The notes below the pieces were generated by a model. That model was not told the DNA's origin. It saw only the letters and a program-made list of their open reading frames with translations, and ran no database searches. Shown one piece after another: positions 26,789-41,813 of a stretch of DNA of 64,000 nt. The stretch lies in assembly GCF_053078305.1 (NCBI RefSeq), contig NZ_CP166879.1. The stretch is one strand, 5' to 3'. Both the position numbers and the translations under genes were made by a program. Position 1 is the first letter of the stretch. Each line of letters opens with the position of its first letter.

Positions 26789-26913
26789 CCCCCCTAAAAA
26801 ATTTTTTTTGAGTTTTTATCTCAAGTGCTGAAATTATCAGCAAGACGTTCAATTTAGCGTCAAAATCACGCCGCCGCAAGTGGATTCCGGCGCTTACGTG
26901 ACCAGCAAAAATT

Positions 26914-27459
26914 TTACAGCTTGATAAAATGCTCGCGGTAGTAAGCCAGCTCCGCCACCGATTCACGGATATCATCCATCGCCTGATGCGTCCCCTGCTT
27001 GGTAAAACCATCCAGAATTTCCGGCTTCCAGCGGCGCGCCAGCTCTTTCAGGGTGCTGACATCGAGATAACGGTAGTGGAAGTAGGCTTCCAGCTCCGGC
27101 ATGTATTTAAACAGGAAGCGACGATCCTGGCCGATGCTGTTACCGCAAATCGGCGATTTTCCCGCAGGCACCCACTGTTTTAAGAATTCGAGCGTTGCCA
27201 GTTCAGCTTCACGATCGCCCATCGTGCTCGCTTTCACGCGCTCTACCAGCCCGCTGGCGGTATGGGTGCGCACGTTCCAGTCATCCATCAGCGCCAGCTG
27301 TTCATCGGACTGGTGTACTGCAATGGTCGGCCCTTCTGCCAGAATATTCAGGTTGGCATCGGTCACCAGCGTGGCAATCTCAATAATGCGATCGCGCTCG
27401 GGATCCAGACCGGTCATCTCAAGATCGATCCAAATCAGGTTGTTTTCATTGGCACTCAT
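26914..27459 (-). CDS. orn: oligoribonuclease
   Basis: ORF 26914..27603; start at ATG 27459 ([10 protein letters not shown]...) for 181 aa; DEDDh exonuclease. Confidence 0.93.
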
Positions 27460-27553
27460 GCTATTTTCCACCCATTCACAGTGACTATATTGATCCACAA
27501 TTGCGTGTATCATAGATGTTTTGCCCATCAGGGGCGACCAGGAGTCTGTACGA

Positions 27554-28606
27554 TTGAGTAAAAATAAACTCTCCAAAGGCCAGCAGCGCCGCGTGAACGC
27601 CAATCACCAGCGTCGTCTTAAAACGTCTAAGGAGAAGCCCGACTACGACGACAATCTGTTTGGCGAGCCTGATGAAGGTATCGTCATCAGCCGCTTTGGT
27701 ATGCACGCTGATGTGGAATCCGCCGATGGCGACGTTCACCGCTGCAATATTCGCCGTACCATCCGTTCGCTGGTGACCGGCGACCGCGTAGTCTGGCGTC
27801 CGGGTAAACCGGCGGCGGAAGGCGTAAATGTCAAAGGGATCGTGGAAGCGGTGCATGAGCGCACCTCGGTGTTGACGCGTCCGGATTTCTACGACGGCGT
27901 GAAACCTATTGCCGCCAACATCGACCAGATTGTCATTGTCTCCGCCATTTTGCCGGAGCTGTCACTCAATATTATCGACCGTTACCTGGTGGCCTGCGAA
28001 ACCTTGCAGATTGAGCCGATTATTGTGCTCAACAAGATAGACCTGCTGGACGACGAAGGCATGGCGTTCGTCAACGAACAGATGGATATCTACCGCAATA
28101 TCGGTTATCGCGTATTGATGGTTTCCAGCCATACTCAGGATGGGCTAAAACCGCTGGAAGAGGCGTTGACCGGGCGCATCAGCATTTTTGCCGGGCAGTC
28201 TGGCGTTGGTAAATCCAGCCTGCTGAACGCGTTGCTGGGGCTGCAAAAAGAGATCCTGACCAACGATGTCTCTGACAACTCGGGGCTCGGTCAGCACACC
28301 ACGACCGCCGCACGCCTGTATCACTTCCCGCACGGCGGTGATGTGATTGATTCCCCTGGTGTGCGTGAGTTCGGCCTCTGGCACCTGGAGCCGGAACAAA
28401 TCACTCAGGGCTTTGTCGAATTCCATGACTATTTAGGTCTGTGTAAATATCGCGATTGCAAACACGATACCGATCCGGGCTGCGCTATCCGGGAAGCGGT
28501 TGAGGAAGGGAAAATCGCGGAAACCCGTTTCGAAAACTATCACCGTATTCTGGAAAGCATGGCGCAGGTAAAAACGCGTAAAAACTTTTCTGATACGGAT
28601 GACTGA
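27554..28606 (+). CDS. rsgA: small-ribosomal-subunit biogenesis GTPase RsgA
   Basis: ORF 27521..28606; no in-frame ATG at the conserved N-terminus, TTG at 27554 gives (M)SKNKLSKGQ... 350 aa; circularly permuted GTPase with C-terminal Zn-finger cysteines. Confidence 0.88.
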
Positions 28607-28702
28607 CAATTAAGCTAACCGTCGTTAGAATCGTCCCCTTTTTTTCAGGATCCGGCATGTAGGCCGGATCAGGAACGACAAAACAATGGCCTGGAGGCTA
28701 CC

Positions 28703-29671
28703 TTGTTAAATTCATTTAAACTTTCGCTACAGTACATTCTGCCGAAACTATGGCTTACTCGCCTGGCGGGTTGGGGCGCAAGCAAGCGGGCAGGATGGCT
28801 GACAAAACTGGTTATCGATCTGTTCGTTAAATACTACAAGGTCGACATGAAAGAGGCGCAAAAGCCGGACACCGCCAGCTACCGCACCTTTAACGAATTC
28901 TTTGTCCGTCCGCTGCGTGACGAAGTACGCCCAATCGATACCGATCCGAATGTCCTGGTTATGCCTGCCGATGGCGTTATCAGCCAGTTGGGTAAAATCG
29001 AAGAAGATAAAATCCTGCAAGCCAAAGGCCACAACTACAGCCTCGAAGCCCTGCTGGCAGGCAACTATCTGATGGCGGACCTGTTCCGCAACGGTACGTT
29101 TGTGACCACTTACCTCTCCCCGCGTGACTACCACCGCGTACACATGCCGTGCAACGGTATTCTGCGTGAGATGATCTACGTGCCGGGCGATCTCTTCTCC
29201 GTTAACCATCTCACGGCTCAGAACGTGCCGAATCTGTTTGCCCGTAACGAACGCGTGATCTGCCTGTTCGATACCGAATTTGGCCCAATGGCGCAGATTC
29301 TGGTCGGTGCGACGATTGTAGGCAGCATTGAGACTGTCTGGGCGGGCACCATTACGCCGCCGCGCGAAGGCATCATCAAGCGCTGGACCTGGCCTGCCGG
29401 GGAAAACGACGGTTCTGTGGCACTGCTGAAAGGCCAGGAAATGGGTCGCTTTAAACTCGGTTCCACCGTTATCAACCTGTTTGCACCGGGTAAAGTGAAT
29501 CTGGTTGAGCAACTGGAAAGCCTGTCTGTCACGAAAATTGGCCAGCCGCTGGCAGTATCTACCGAAACCTTTGTTACGCCAGACGCTGAACCCGCCCCGC
29601 TTCCTGCTGAAGAGATCGAAGCAGAACACGACGCCAGCCCATTGGTTGACGATAAAAAAGACCAGGTCTAA
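28703..29671 (+). CDS. psd: phosphatidylserine decarboxylase proenzyme
   Basis: ORF 322 aa; LGST autocleavage motif present ([10 protein letters not shown]). Confidence 0.95.
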
Positions 29672-29692
29672 TCCATCAAAGGAAACGCTGAC

Positions 29693-32600
29693 GTGCGCCT
29701 GATTATCACTTTTCTGATGGCCTGGTGCCTCAGTTGGGGGGCGTACGCCGCGACGGCCCCCGATAGCAAACAAATCACCCAGGAACTGGAGCAGGCAAAA
29801 GCGGCGAAACCCGCACAGCCGGAAGTCGTAGAGGCGCTCCAGTCTGCCTTAAATGCGCTTGAGGAACGAAAAGGTTCCCTTGAGCGCATCAAGCAATATC
29901 AAGAAGTCATTGATAATTATCCGAAACTCTCCGCTACTCTGCGCGCACAATTAAACAACATGCGTGACGAGCCGCGCAGCGTGTCGCCGGGGATGTCTAC
30001 CGACGCGCTGAATCAGGAAATTCTCCAGGTCAGCAGTCAGTTGCTGGATAAAAGCCGTCAGGCCCAGCAAGAGCAGGAGCGCGCCCGCGAGATTGCCGAT
30101 TCGCTGAATCAACTGCCGCAACAGCAAACCGACGCCCGCCGTCAGTTAAACGAGATCGAGCGCCGTCTGGGAACGCTTACCGGCAATACTCCGCTCAATC
30201 AGGCACAAAATTTCGCGTTGCAGTCTGACTCCGCACGCCTGAAAGCGCTCGTTGATGAACTGGAACTGGCGCAGCTGTCTGCCAATAACCGCCAGGAATT
30301 AGCGCGCTTGCGCTCTGAGCTGGCTGAAAAAGAGAGCCAGCAACTGGATGCGTATTTGCAGGCCTTGCGTAATCAATTGAACAGCCAACGCCAGCTTGAG
30401 GCAGAGCGGGCGCTGGAAAGTACCGAATTACTAGCAGAAAACAGTGCCGATTTGCCGAAAGATATCGTCGCGCAATTCAAAATTAACCGCGAACTATCGG
30501 CGGCTTTGAATCAACAGGCGCAGCGGATGGATCTCGTTGCCTCGCAACAGCGTCAGGCTGCCAGCCAGACGTTACAGGTCCGGCAGGCGTTGAATACGCT
30601 GCGTGAACAGTCGCAATGGCTGGGATCGTCCAATCTGCTCGGTGAAGCGTTGCGGGCGCAGGTGGCACGGCTGCCGGAAATGCCGAAACCACAACAGCTT
30701 GATACCGAAATGGCGCAGTTGCGTGTGCAACGGTTACGTTATGAGGATCTGCTTAATAAACAGCCGCTGCTACGGCAAATTCATCAGGCCGACGGTCAGC
30801 CGCTGACTGCCGAGCAAAACCGTATTCTCGAAGCACAGCTACGCACTCAGCGTGAGTTGCTGAACTCATTGTTGCAGGGTGGCGACACACTACTGCTGGA
30901 ACTGACCAAGCTGAAAGTCTCTAACGGGCAACTGGAGGATGCGCTGAAAGAGGTGAACGAAGCGACGCACCGCTATCTGTTCTGGACCTCTGACGTGCGC
31001 CCGATGACCATCGCCTGGCCGCTGGAAATCGCCCAGGATCTGCGTCGTCTCATTTCGCTGGACACCTTCAGTCAGTTGGGCAAAGCCAGTGTGATGATGC
31101 TGACCAGCAAAGAGACGATTTTGCCGCTGTTTGGCGCGTTGATTCTGGTCGGTTGCAGTATTTACTCGCGCCGCTATTTCACCCGTTTTCTTGAACGTTC
31201 GGCGGCGAAAGTCGGTAAAGTGACTCAGGATCACTTCTGGCTGACGTTACGCACTCTTTTCTGGTCGATTCTCGTCGCGTCACCGCTGCCGGTGCTGTGG
31301 ATGACGCTGGGTTACGGCTTGCGCGAGGCGTGGCCTTATCCGCTGGCGGTCGCGATTGGTGATGGCGTCACAGCCACCGTGCCGCTGCTGTGGGTAGTGA
31401 TGATTTGCGCTACCTTTGCCCGCCCGAACGGCTTGTTTATCGCTCATTTTGGTTGGCCGCGCGAACGTGTTTCCCGTGGGATGCGCTACTACCTGATGAG
31501 CATCGGGCTTATTGTGCCACTGATTATGGCGCTGATGATGTTCGATAATCTCGACGACCGCGAATTTTCCGGTTCGCTGGGACGGCTTTGCTTTATCCTC
31601 ATTTGCGGTGCGCTGGCGGTGGTCACCCTCAGCCTGAAAAAGGCCGGGATCCCGCTGTATCTCAACAAAGAAGGCAGCGGCGACAATATTACCAACCATA
31701 TGTTGTGGAACATGATGATTGGCGCGCCACTGGTTGCCATTCTGGCGTCGGCGGTGGGTTATCTGGCAACGGCACAGGCGCTGTTAGCGAGGCTTGAAAC
31801 CTCGGTTGCCATCTGGTTCCTGCTACTGGTGGTTTATCACGTTATCCGCCGCTGGATGCTGATCCAGCGCCGCAGGCTGGCGTTTGACCGGGCGAAGCAT
31901 CGCCGGGCAGAGATGTTAGCGCAACGTGCGCGTGGCGAAGAGGAAGCACATCATCACAGTAGCCCGGAAGGGGCAATTGAAGTCGATGAAAGCGAAGTCG
32001 ATCTCGATGCCATCAGTGCGCAATCCTTGCGGCTGGTGCGCTCAATTTTGATGTTGATCGCCCTGCTTTCGGTCATTGTGCTGTGGTCAGAAATCCATTC
32101 CGCTTTCGGCTTCCTCGAAAATATTTCGCTGTGGGATGTCACTTCCACGGTACAGGGCGTGGAAAGTCTGGAGCCGATTACCCTCGGTGCGGTGCTGATT
32201 GCCATTCTGGTGTTTATCATCACCACGCAGCTGGTGCGCAACCTGCCCGCGCTGCTGGAACTGGCGATTTTGCAGCACCTGGATTTAACGCCGGGTACGG
32301 GTTACGCCATCACCACCATCACCAAATATTTGCTGATGCTGATTGGCGGGCTGGTCGGCTTCTCAATGATTGGTATTGAGTGGTCGAAATTGCAGTGGCT
32401 GGTTGCCGCGCTCGGTGTTGGTCTCGGTTTTGGTTTGCAGGAAATTTTCGCCAACTTTATCTCTGGCCTGATCATCCTGTTCGAAAAACCGATTCGCATT
32501 GGCGATACGGTAACGATCCGCGATCTTACTGGTAGCGTGACAAAAATTAACACCCGCGCCACCACCATCAGCGACTGGGACCGTAAAGAGATAATCGTGC

Positions 32601-33016
32601 CGAACAAGGCGTTTATTACCGAGCAGTTTATCAACTGGTCGCTCTCTGACTCGGTCACGCGCGTGGTGTTGACGATTCCGGCCCCTGCCGATGCCAACAG
32701 TGAAGAAGTGACGGAAATCCTGCTCACCGCAGCGCGTCGCTGCTCGCTGGTGATCGACAACCCGGCACCGGAAGTCTTCCTGGTGGATCTGCAACAGGGG
32801 ATTCAGATTTTCGAGCTGCGTATTTACGCCGCTGAGATGGGTCACCGTATGCCGCTACGCCATGAGATCCACCAGCTGATTCTGGCTGGCTTCCATGCCC
32901 ACGGTATCGATATGCCATTCCCGCCCTTCCAGATGCGTCTGGAAAGCCTCAACGGTAAACAAACGGGGAGAACGCTGACGTCTGCGGGCAAAGGTCGTCA
33001 GGCGGGAAGTTTGTAA
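29693..33016 (+). CDS. mscM: miniconductance mechanosensitive channel MscM (MscS family, large periplasmic coiled-coil N-domain)
   Basis: ORF 1107 aa starting at GTG 29693; signal peptide, long Q/L-rich coiled-coil, multiple TM helices, C-terminal MscS domain. Confidence 0.92.
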   Translation: MRLIITFLMAWCLSWGAYAATAPDSKQITQELEQAKAAKPAQPEVVEALQSALNALEERKGSLERIKQYQEVIDNYPKLSATLRAQLNNMRDEPRSVSPGMSTDALNQEILQVSSQLLDKSRQAQQEQERAREIADSLNQLPQQQTDARRQLNEIERRLGTLTGNTPLNQAQNFALQSDSARLKALVDELELAQLSANNRQELARLRSELAEKESQQLDAYLQALRNQLNSQRQLEAERALESTELLAENSADLPKDIVAQFKINRELSAALNQQAQRMDLVASQQRQAASQTLQVRQALNTLREQSQWLGSSNLLGEALRAQVARLPEMPKPQQLDTEMAQLRVQRLRYEDLLNKQPLLRQIHQADGQPLTAEQNRILEAQLRTQRELLNSLLQGGDTLLLELTKLKVSNGQLEDALKEVNEATHRYLFWTSDVRPMTIAWPLEIAQDLRRLISLDTFSQLGKASVMMLTSKETILPLFGALILVGCSIYSRRYFTRFLERSAAKVGKVTQDHFWLTLRTLFWSILVASPLPVLWMTLGYGLREAWPYPLAVAIGDGVTATVPLLWVVMICATFARPNGLFIAHFGWPRERVSRGMRYYLMSIGLIVPLIMALMMFDNLDDREFSGSLGRLCFILICGALAVVTLSLKKAGIPLYLNKEGSGDNITNHMLWNMMIGAPLVAILASAVGYLATAQALLARLETSVAIWFLLLVVYHVIRRWMLIQRRRLAFDRAKHRRAEMLAQRARGEEEAHHHSSPEGAIEVDESEVDLDAISAQSLRLVRSILMLIALLSVIVLWSEIHSAFGFLENISLWDVTSTVQGVESLEPITLGAVLIAILVFIITTQLVRNLPALLELAILQHLDLTPGTGYAITTITKYLLMLIGGLVGFSMIGIEWSKLQWLVAALGVGLGFGLQEIFANFISGLIILFEKPIRIGDTVTIRDLTGSVTKINTRATTISDWDRKEIIVPNKAFITEQFINWSLSDSVTRVVLTIPAPADANSEEVTEILLTAARRCSLVIDNPAPEVFLVDLQQGIQIFELRIYAAEMGHRMPLRHEIHQLILAGFHAHGIDMPFPPFQMRLESLNGKQTGRTLTSAGKGRQAGSL

Positions 33017-33166
33017 TGCATGAAGCTGCCAAATGATGTCAACGTGGCTCATTTAGCAGCTTAACATCATCTTCAGTTATCACCGGCCCTGGAGAGTATC
33101 ATCCATACGCATTACTTCCTGACAACTCATCGCCGGAGAGACGATGAGTTGCAGGATTTCATATGA

Positions 33167-34669
33167 TCAGTCGAGAGCTAACTCAGGTTTATTCGCCATG
33201 CGACTGCAATAGTTCTGGTAAATCGCCATCGCTAACAGCGAGAAGAAGACAGGGCCGCCAATCATCCACAATGTGCTGTCCCAGTCTCCGGCTTCAACCA
33301 CAGGCTGAATAATGGTGAAGACGTTCGCAAATGTCACCACCAGAACGACAACCACCGTCGCAATCATTGCCGACATACGCGTTTTGAAAATCACAAATGG
33401 TCTGTCGAGATCCTGACGTGCTTTAAAGAATGGGAAAGCCAGCGCGAGGAACAGGTAAGGAAGCGTCATAGACACGTTCGCCATCAGCGTCAGCTTGTTA
33501 AAGAACGCCGATGCGGTACCGCCACCAAACGAAACCAGCAGGATGAAGACAGTAACCAACCCGCACTGCATCCACATGGCGATAGACGGCATCCCCATCG
33601 CATTCAGGCGCGTCATCGGTTCCGGCCACAACGCTTTCGGCGTCCCCTGGATGATGGCTTTCAGCGGTGAATAGCAAAGCGTAAAGAACGCACCGGTATA
33701 AGCGAGGAACATCGAAAGTCCGGTAATACGCGCAAACCATACGCCCAGCGACAATGACGCTTCAGGAGACAAATGCAGTGCGTTACCCAGCGTCACCCCG
33801 AGGCTCTTCATCAGCACATAGGTAATATTGCCGAGGTTAACGGAACCATTACTTAATACCTGCTGCCAGTTTGTGCTGACGCCCCATAAAAATATTGCCA
33901 GCGAATAACCGATTGAAATAACAATAGCGGCAAAAACAATACCTTTGGCAAAGTTCTTTTCTGGATTTTCCGTTTTATCGACCAGACCACCAACCGCTTC
34001 AATTCCGCCATAGGCAAAAATAGCAAATACCACAAACGATAACATTGCCAGACCGGACTGATAACCTGGGTTCGGTGATGTAAGGAAATTAATATCCTGC
34101 GCGAAATGCCCACCATTTAATAACAAAATAGTAATGCTTACTAACAGCAATACTAAATTCAGACACATTACTGCAATACCGCCCACCGCAGTAATGCGGG
34201 CAATTTTATTAATCCCCTTAGAAGCAACGACGGTGACCAGAATCATCCATGCCACTGCCAGCAGACCAACCACCTGCGTAGGCTCCAGTCCGGCAATACG
34301 CCAGTGCTGGGTCATGTCGCTACCATAGAGGAATGTTGAGAACGGTACCCAAACTTTCGCGGAGGTACTCACCATCCAGATGATATAAGAGGAAAACCAC
34401 ATAAACGTACCAATGAAGGCAAAACGTGGTCCGACACTATTATTCATCCAGGAATAGATACCACCTTCTTCTTTGCGATAAGCAGCTCCCATTTCAGCCA
34501 TCATTAAGGCGAATGGAATAAAGAATAACAATGCAGAAAATATATAAAAGGGAATCGCACTATAACCCATTAAGTAATAAGCCGATGGGCTATTGGCAAA
34601 TCCAAATACGGAAGTAAAGATCATCAATATGAGTCCTATCAGACTCATCTTTTTTATCGTGTGAGGCAT
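33167..34669 (-). CDS. yjeM: APC-family amino-acid permease YjeM
   Basis: ORF 33167..34711; start at ATG 34669 (MPHTIKKMSL...) for 500 aa; polytopic membrane protein. Confidence 0.85.
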   Translation of the reverse strand: MPHTIKKMSLIGLILMIFTSVFGFANSPSAYYLMGYSAIPFYIFSALLFFIPFALMMAEMGAAYRKEEGGIYSWMNNSVGPRFAFIGTFMWFSSYIIWMVSTSAKVWVPFSTFLYGSDMTQHWRIAGLEPTQVVGLLAVAWMILVTVVASKGINKIARITAVGGIAVMCLNLVLLLVSITILLLNGGHFAQDINFLTSPNPGYQSGLAMLSFVVFAIFAYGGIEAVGGLVDKTENPEKNFAKGIVFAAIVISIGYSLAIFLWGVSTNWQQVLSNGSVNLGNITYVLMKSLGVTLGNALHLSPEASLSLGVWFARITGLSMFLAYTGAFFTLCYSPLKAIIQGTPKALWPEPMTRLNAMGMPSIAMWMQCGLVTVFILLVSFGGGTASAFFNKLTLMANVSMTLPYLFLALAFPFFKARQDLDRPFVIFKTRMSAMIATVVVVLVVTFANVFTIIQPVVEAGDWDSTLWMIGGPVFFSLLAMAIYQNYCSRMANKPELALD

Positions 34670-34887
34670 GAAACCATCCTTCATTTCAGCGCGTGTATAA
34701 AACGCGCCCACTGAACTGCACTGCCCAACATTGAGCGGGCAGCGTAAAAACCAATACAGAATTGATACCTGGATGATATCAAATATCCAGTCTTAAATTG
34801 TGGCCTTTAGCGGAAAAATGAAAACATATGCTACAGAATGGCGCTTATCACGCCATTCTTCGCTGTTAATTCAGTAATTTTTCAGAA

Positions 34888-35865
34888 TTATGCCCGGTCA
34901 ACGCTAAAGGCGATGACTTCAGCCAGTGTCTCCGCACCCAGCGCCAACATCACCAGACGATCAACGCCCAATGCCACGCCGGAACAGTCAGGCATACCGA
35001 CTTTCAAGGCTTCAATCAGATTCTGGTCAATGGGGTGCTGCGGCAAACCACGCGCCGCGCGCTTACGGTTATCTTGTTCAAAGCGTTGTTGCTGCTCACG
35101 GGCATCCGTCAATTCATGGAAACCATTCGCCAGCTCAATACCTTTATAATAAACCTCAAAGCGTTCAGCGACCCGATGATCTTCGGTACTGATTTGCGCC
35201 AGTGATGCCTGGCTGGCTGGAAAGTGGTACACAAAGGTCGGTTTTTCTTTACCAATATTTGGCTCTACGCCAAAGGTAAACAGCAATTGTAGCAACGTGT
35301 CGCGGTCTTCTTCGGTATCAGCAACATTGCTCAAATCCAGTTTCGCTGCCACTTCCCGCAGTTGCGTTTTGTCGGCAGAGAGTGGGTCAATTTCCAGATA
35401 ACGCAAGAAAGCTTGTTGATAAGAAAGGCTTTCTGCTGCCGGGCAGTCCAGCACCTGTTGTAAGAGATCGTCCACCTCGTTCATCAACCGGTACATATCA
35501 TAGTGCGGTCGATACCACTCCAGCATAGTGAACTCAGGGTTGTGATAACGCCCCATCTCTTCATTACGAAAGCTGCGGCACAGCTGGAATACCGGCCCAC
35601 AACCGGCAACCAGCAGGCGTTTCATATGGTATTCCGGGCTGGTCATTAACCAGAGATTCATCCCCTGCGAATGCCCGGGGCCAACGAAACGTGTCTCAAA
35701 CGGGACCAAATGAATATCGGTTACCGTCGCCTGGCTCATACAAGGCGTCTCCACCTCCAGCACTCCACGATCGGCAAAGAAACGACGGATCTCCGCCATA
35801 ATCGCCGCGCGTTTTAATAAGTTAGGAATGGATGCGCTCGGCTGCCAGGATGCCGTTTCGCTCAT
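34888..35865 (-). CDS. epmA: EF-P lysine-34 (R)-beta-lysine ligase EpmA (truncated LysRS paralog)
   Basis: ORF 34888..35910; start at ATG 35865 ([10 protein letters not shown]...) for 325 aa; class-II aaRS catalytic core. Confidence 0.92.
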   Translation of the reverse strand: MSETASWQPSASIPNLLKRAAIMAEIRRFFADRGVLEVETPCMSQATVTDIHLVPFETRFVGPGHSQGMNLWLMTSPEYHMKRLLVAGCGPVFQLCRSFRNEEMGRYHNPEFTMLEWYRPHYDMYRLMNEVDDLLQQVLDCPAAESLSYQQAFLRYLEIDPLSADKTQLREVAAKLDLSNVADTEEDRDTLLQLLFTFGVEPNIGKEKPTFVYHFPASQASLAQISTEDHRVAERFEVYYKGIELANGFHELTDAREQQQRFEQDNRKRAARGLPQHPIDQNLIEALKVGMPDCSGVALGVDRLVMLALGAETLAEVIAFSVDRA

Positions 35866-36189
35866 AGTTAAATCTCCAGTTTTTGACAAGGGCACGAAGT
35901 CTACTCGCAACGCGACGGCGAGACAAATTTTACGCAGGAATCAAACAACGGTGGGCAGTGACTAAAAAAAGCACGATCTGATGGTTTAGTAATTAAATTA
36001 ATCATCTTCAGTGATAATTTAGCCCTCTTGCGCACTAAAAAAATCGATCTCGTCAAATTTCAGACTTATCCATCAGACTATACTGTTGTACCTATAAAGG
36101 AGCAGTGGAATAGCGTTCGCAGACCGTAACTTTCAGGCACTTACCCTGAAGTACGGGGCTGTGGGATAAAAACAATCTGGAGGAATGTC

Positions 36190-37990
36190 GTGCAAACCTT
36201 TCAAGCCGATCTTGCCATTGTAGGCGCCGGTGGCGCGGGATTACGTGCTGCAATTGCTGCCGCGCAGGCAAATCCAAATGCAAAAATCGCACTAATCTCA
36301 AAAGTATACCCGATGCGTAGCCATACCGTTGCTGCAGAAGGGGGCTCCGCCGCTGTCGCGCAGGATCATGACAGCTTCGAATATCACTTTCACGATACAG
36401 TAGCGGGTGGCGACTGGTTGTGTGAGCAGGATGTCGTGGATTATTTCGTCCACCACTGCCCAACCGAAATGACCCAACTGGAACTGTGGGGGTGCCCATG
36501 GAGCCGTCGCCCGGATGGTAGCGTCAACGTACGTCGCTTCGGCGGCATGAAAATCGAGCGTACCTGGTTCGCCGCCGATAAGACCGGCTTCCATATGCTG
36601 CACACGCTGTTCCAGACCTCTCTGCAATTCCCGCAGATCCAGCGTTTTGACGAACATTTCGTGCTGGATATTCTGGTTGATGATGGTCATGTTCGCGGCC
36701 TGGTAGCAATGAACATGATGGAAGGCACGCTGGTGCAGATCCGTGCTAACGCGGTCGTTATGGCTACTGGCGGTGCGGGTCGCGTTTATCGTTACAACAC
36801 CAACGGCGGCATCGTTACCGGTGACGGTATGGGTATGGCGCTAAGCCACGGCGTTCCGCTGCGTGACATGGAATTCGTTCAGTATCACCCAACCGGTCTG
36901 CCAGGTTCCGGTATCCTGATGACCGAAGGTTGCCGCGGTGAAGGCGGTATTCTGGTCAACAAAAATGGCTACCGTTATCTGCAAGATTACGGCATGGGCC
37001 CGGAAACTCCGCTGGGCGAGCCGAAAAACAAATATATGGAACTGGGTCCACGCGACAAAGTTTCTCAGGCCTTCTGGCACGAATGGCGTAAAGGCAACAC
37101 CATCTCCACGCCGCGTGGTGATGTGGTTTATCTCGACCTGCGTCACCTCGGCGAGAAAAAACTGCATGAACGTCTGCCGTTCATCTGCGAACTGGCGAAA
37201 GCGTACGTTGGCGTCGATCCGGTTAAAGAACCGATTCCGGTACGTCCGACCGCACACTACACCATGGGCGGTATCGAAACCGATCAGAACTGTGAAACCC
37301 GCATTAAAGGTCTGTTCGCCGTGGGTGAATGTTCCTCTGTTGGTCTGCACGGTGCAAACCGTCTGGGTTCTAACTCCCTGGCGGAACTGGTGGTCTTCGG
37401 CCGTCTGGCCGGTGAACAAGCGACAGAGCGTGCAGCAACTGCCGGTAATGGCAACGAAGCGGCAATTGAAGCGCAGGCAGCTGGCGTTGAACAACGTCTG
37501 AAAGATCTGGTTAACCAGGATGGCGGCGAAAACTGGGCGAAGATCCGCGACGAAATGGGCCTGGCTATGGAAGAAGGCTGCGGTATCTACCGTACGCCGG
37601 AACTGATGCAGAAAACCATCGACAAGCTGGCAGAGCTGCAGGAACGCTTCAAGCGCGTGCGCATCACCGACACTTCCAGCGTGTTCAACACCGACCTGCT
37701 CTACACCATTGAACTGGGCCACGGTCTGAACGTTGCTGAATGTATGGCGCACTCCGCAATGGCACGTAAAGAGTCCCGCGGCGCACACCAGCGTCTGGAC
37801 GAAGGTTGCACCGAGCGTGACGACGTCAACTTCCTCAAACACACCCTCGCCTTCCGCGATGCTGATGGCACGACTCGCCTGGAGTACAGCGACGTGAAGA
37901 TTACTACGCTACCGCCAGCTAAACGCGTTTACGGTGGCGAAGCGGATGCAGCCGATAAGGCGGAAGCAGCCAATAAGAAGGAGAAGGCGA

Positions 37991-37998
<8 letters not shown>
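36190..37998 (+). CDS. frdA: fumarate reductase flavoprotein subunit
   Basis: ORF 602 aa, GTG start; FAD-binding GAGGAG motif. Confidence 0.97.
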
Positions 37999-39131
<1,133 letters not shown>

Positions 39132-39141
39132 GGAGCCTGAG

Positions 39142-40697
<1,556 letters not shown>

Positions 40698-40785
40698 AAT
40701 TTCATCGGGTCCGAATTTTCGGACCTTTTCTCCGCTTTTCCTTGCTGTCATCTACACTTAGAAAAAAACCAGTAAGGAAACATTT

Positions 40786-41319
40786 ATGCGCCTGCTCCCT
40801 CTCGTTGCCGCAGCGACAGCTGCATTTCTGGTCGTTGCCTGCAGTTCTCCTACGCCGCCGCGTGGCGTGACCGTAGTGAATAATTTCGACGCCAAACGTT
40901 ATCTCGGTACCTGGTATGAGATTGCCCGTTTTGATCACCGCTTTGAACGTGGACTGGAAAAAGTCACCGCAACATACAGCCTGCGTGATGACGGCGGCCT
41001 GAATGTCATTAATAAAGGCTATAACCCTGACAGAGAAATGTGGCAGCAGAGTGAAGGGAAAGCGTACTTTACCGGCGCACCAACTCGCGCTGCGCTGAAA
41101 GTGTCATTCTTTGGTCCTTTCTATGGCGGTTATAACGTTATTGCACTCGATCGGGAATACCGCCATGCGCTGGTTTGCGGTCCGGACCGCGACTACCTGT
41201 GGATACTCTCCCGCACGCCAACCATTTCTGACGAAGTGAAACAGGAGATGCTGGCAGTCGCGACCCGGGAAGGGTTTGATGTCAGTAAGTTTATTTGGGT
41301 ACAGCAGCCCGGTAGTTAG
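40786..41319 (+). CDS. blc: outer-membrane lipocalin Blc
   Basis: ORF 177 aa; lipobox VVAC, lipocalin GTWYEIA motif. Confidence 0.93.
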   Translation: MRLLPLVAAATAAFLVVACSSPTPPRGVTVVNNFDAKRYLGTWYEIARFDHRFERGLEKVTATYSLRDDGGLNVINKGYNPDREMWQQSEGKAYFTGAPTRAALKVSFFGPFYGGYNVIALDREYRHALVCGPDRDYLWILSRTPTISDEVKQEMLAVATREGFDVSKFIWVQQPGS

Positions 41320-41633
41320 TGAGTGCTGAGTTTCAGACCAATAATCCCCAATACGATTAACGCCAGACTCGCCAGACGCATCGGGTTAGCGGACTCACCG
41401 AGCAGCACAATGCCGGTGATGGCCGCGCCGACTGCGCCAATACCCGTCCACACGGCATAAGCCGTCCCTACTGGTAACGCTTTCATCGCCCAGGCAAGTA
41501 GCGCCATACTGACAATCATCGCCGTCACGGTAATAACACTCGGCGTCAAACGACTAAAGCCGTGGGTATATTTCAGGCCAACGGCCCATACCACTTCCAG
41601 CAGACCAGCAATAACTAAGATAATCCAGGACAT
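41316..41633 (-). CDS. gdx: SMR-family guanidinium exporter Gdx (SugE)
   Basis: Start ATG 41633 ([10 protein letters not shown]...) within ORF 41316..41696; 105 aa, four TM helices, conserved membrane Glu. Confidence 0.92.
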   Translation of the reverse strand: MSWIILVIAGLLEVVWAVGLKYTHGFSRLTPSVITVTAMIVSMALLAWAMKALPVGTAYAVWTGIGAVGAAITGIVLLGESANPMRLASLALIVLGIIGLKLSTH

Positions 41634-41649
41634 ATCAGGCTCCGGAGAA

Positions 41650-41696
41650 TTGGGGCCGTCCCCGGTGAAAAGAGGCGTTTGCAGGTCGTCCTGCAA
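41650..41696 (-). promoter_or_regulatory. guanidine-II riboswitch (mini-ykkC) in the gdx leader
   Basis: Minus strand has two GC-rich hairpins each capped by an ACGR tetraloop: gcagg-ACGA-cctgc (41681-41694) and gggg-ACGG-cccc (41652-41663), 16-nt linker, ending about 17 nt before the gdx ATG. Confidence 0.75.
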
Positions 41697-41763
41697 AGCT
41701 GATGGTTGAACGGATATTTTGCCAGGTGGCAGAGGAATTTCAACTATTACCTTTGTGACTATC

Positions 41764-41800
41764 GCAAAAAAACAAACGGCACGACACAGCTGTCGTACCG
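41764..41800 (-). terminator. rho-independent terminator downstream of ecnB
   Basis: Minus-strand hairpin cggtacgacagctgtgtcgtgccg followed by gtttgttttttt. Confidence 0.75.
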
Positions 41801-41813
41801 TTATTGCTTATTG

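Noticed and set aside
28748-29773. 341-aa minus-strand ORF
   Set aside because: Antisense to psd and the mscM 5' end.
36841-37842. 333-aa minus-strand ORF
   Set aside because: Antisense to frdA.
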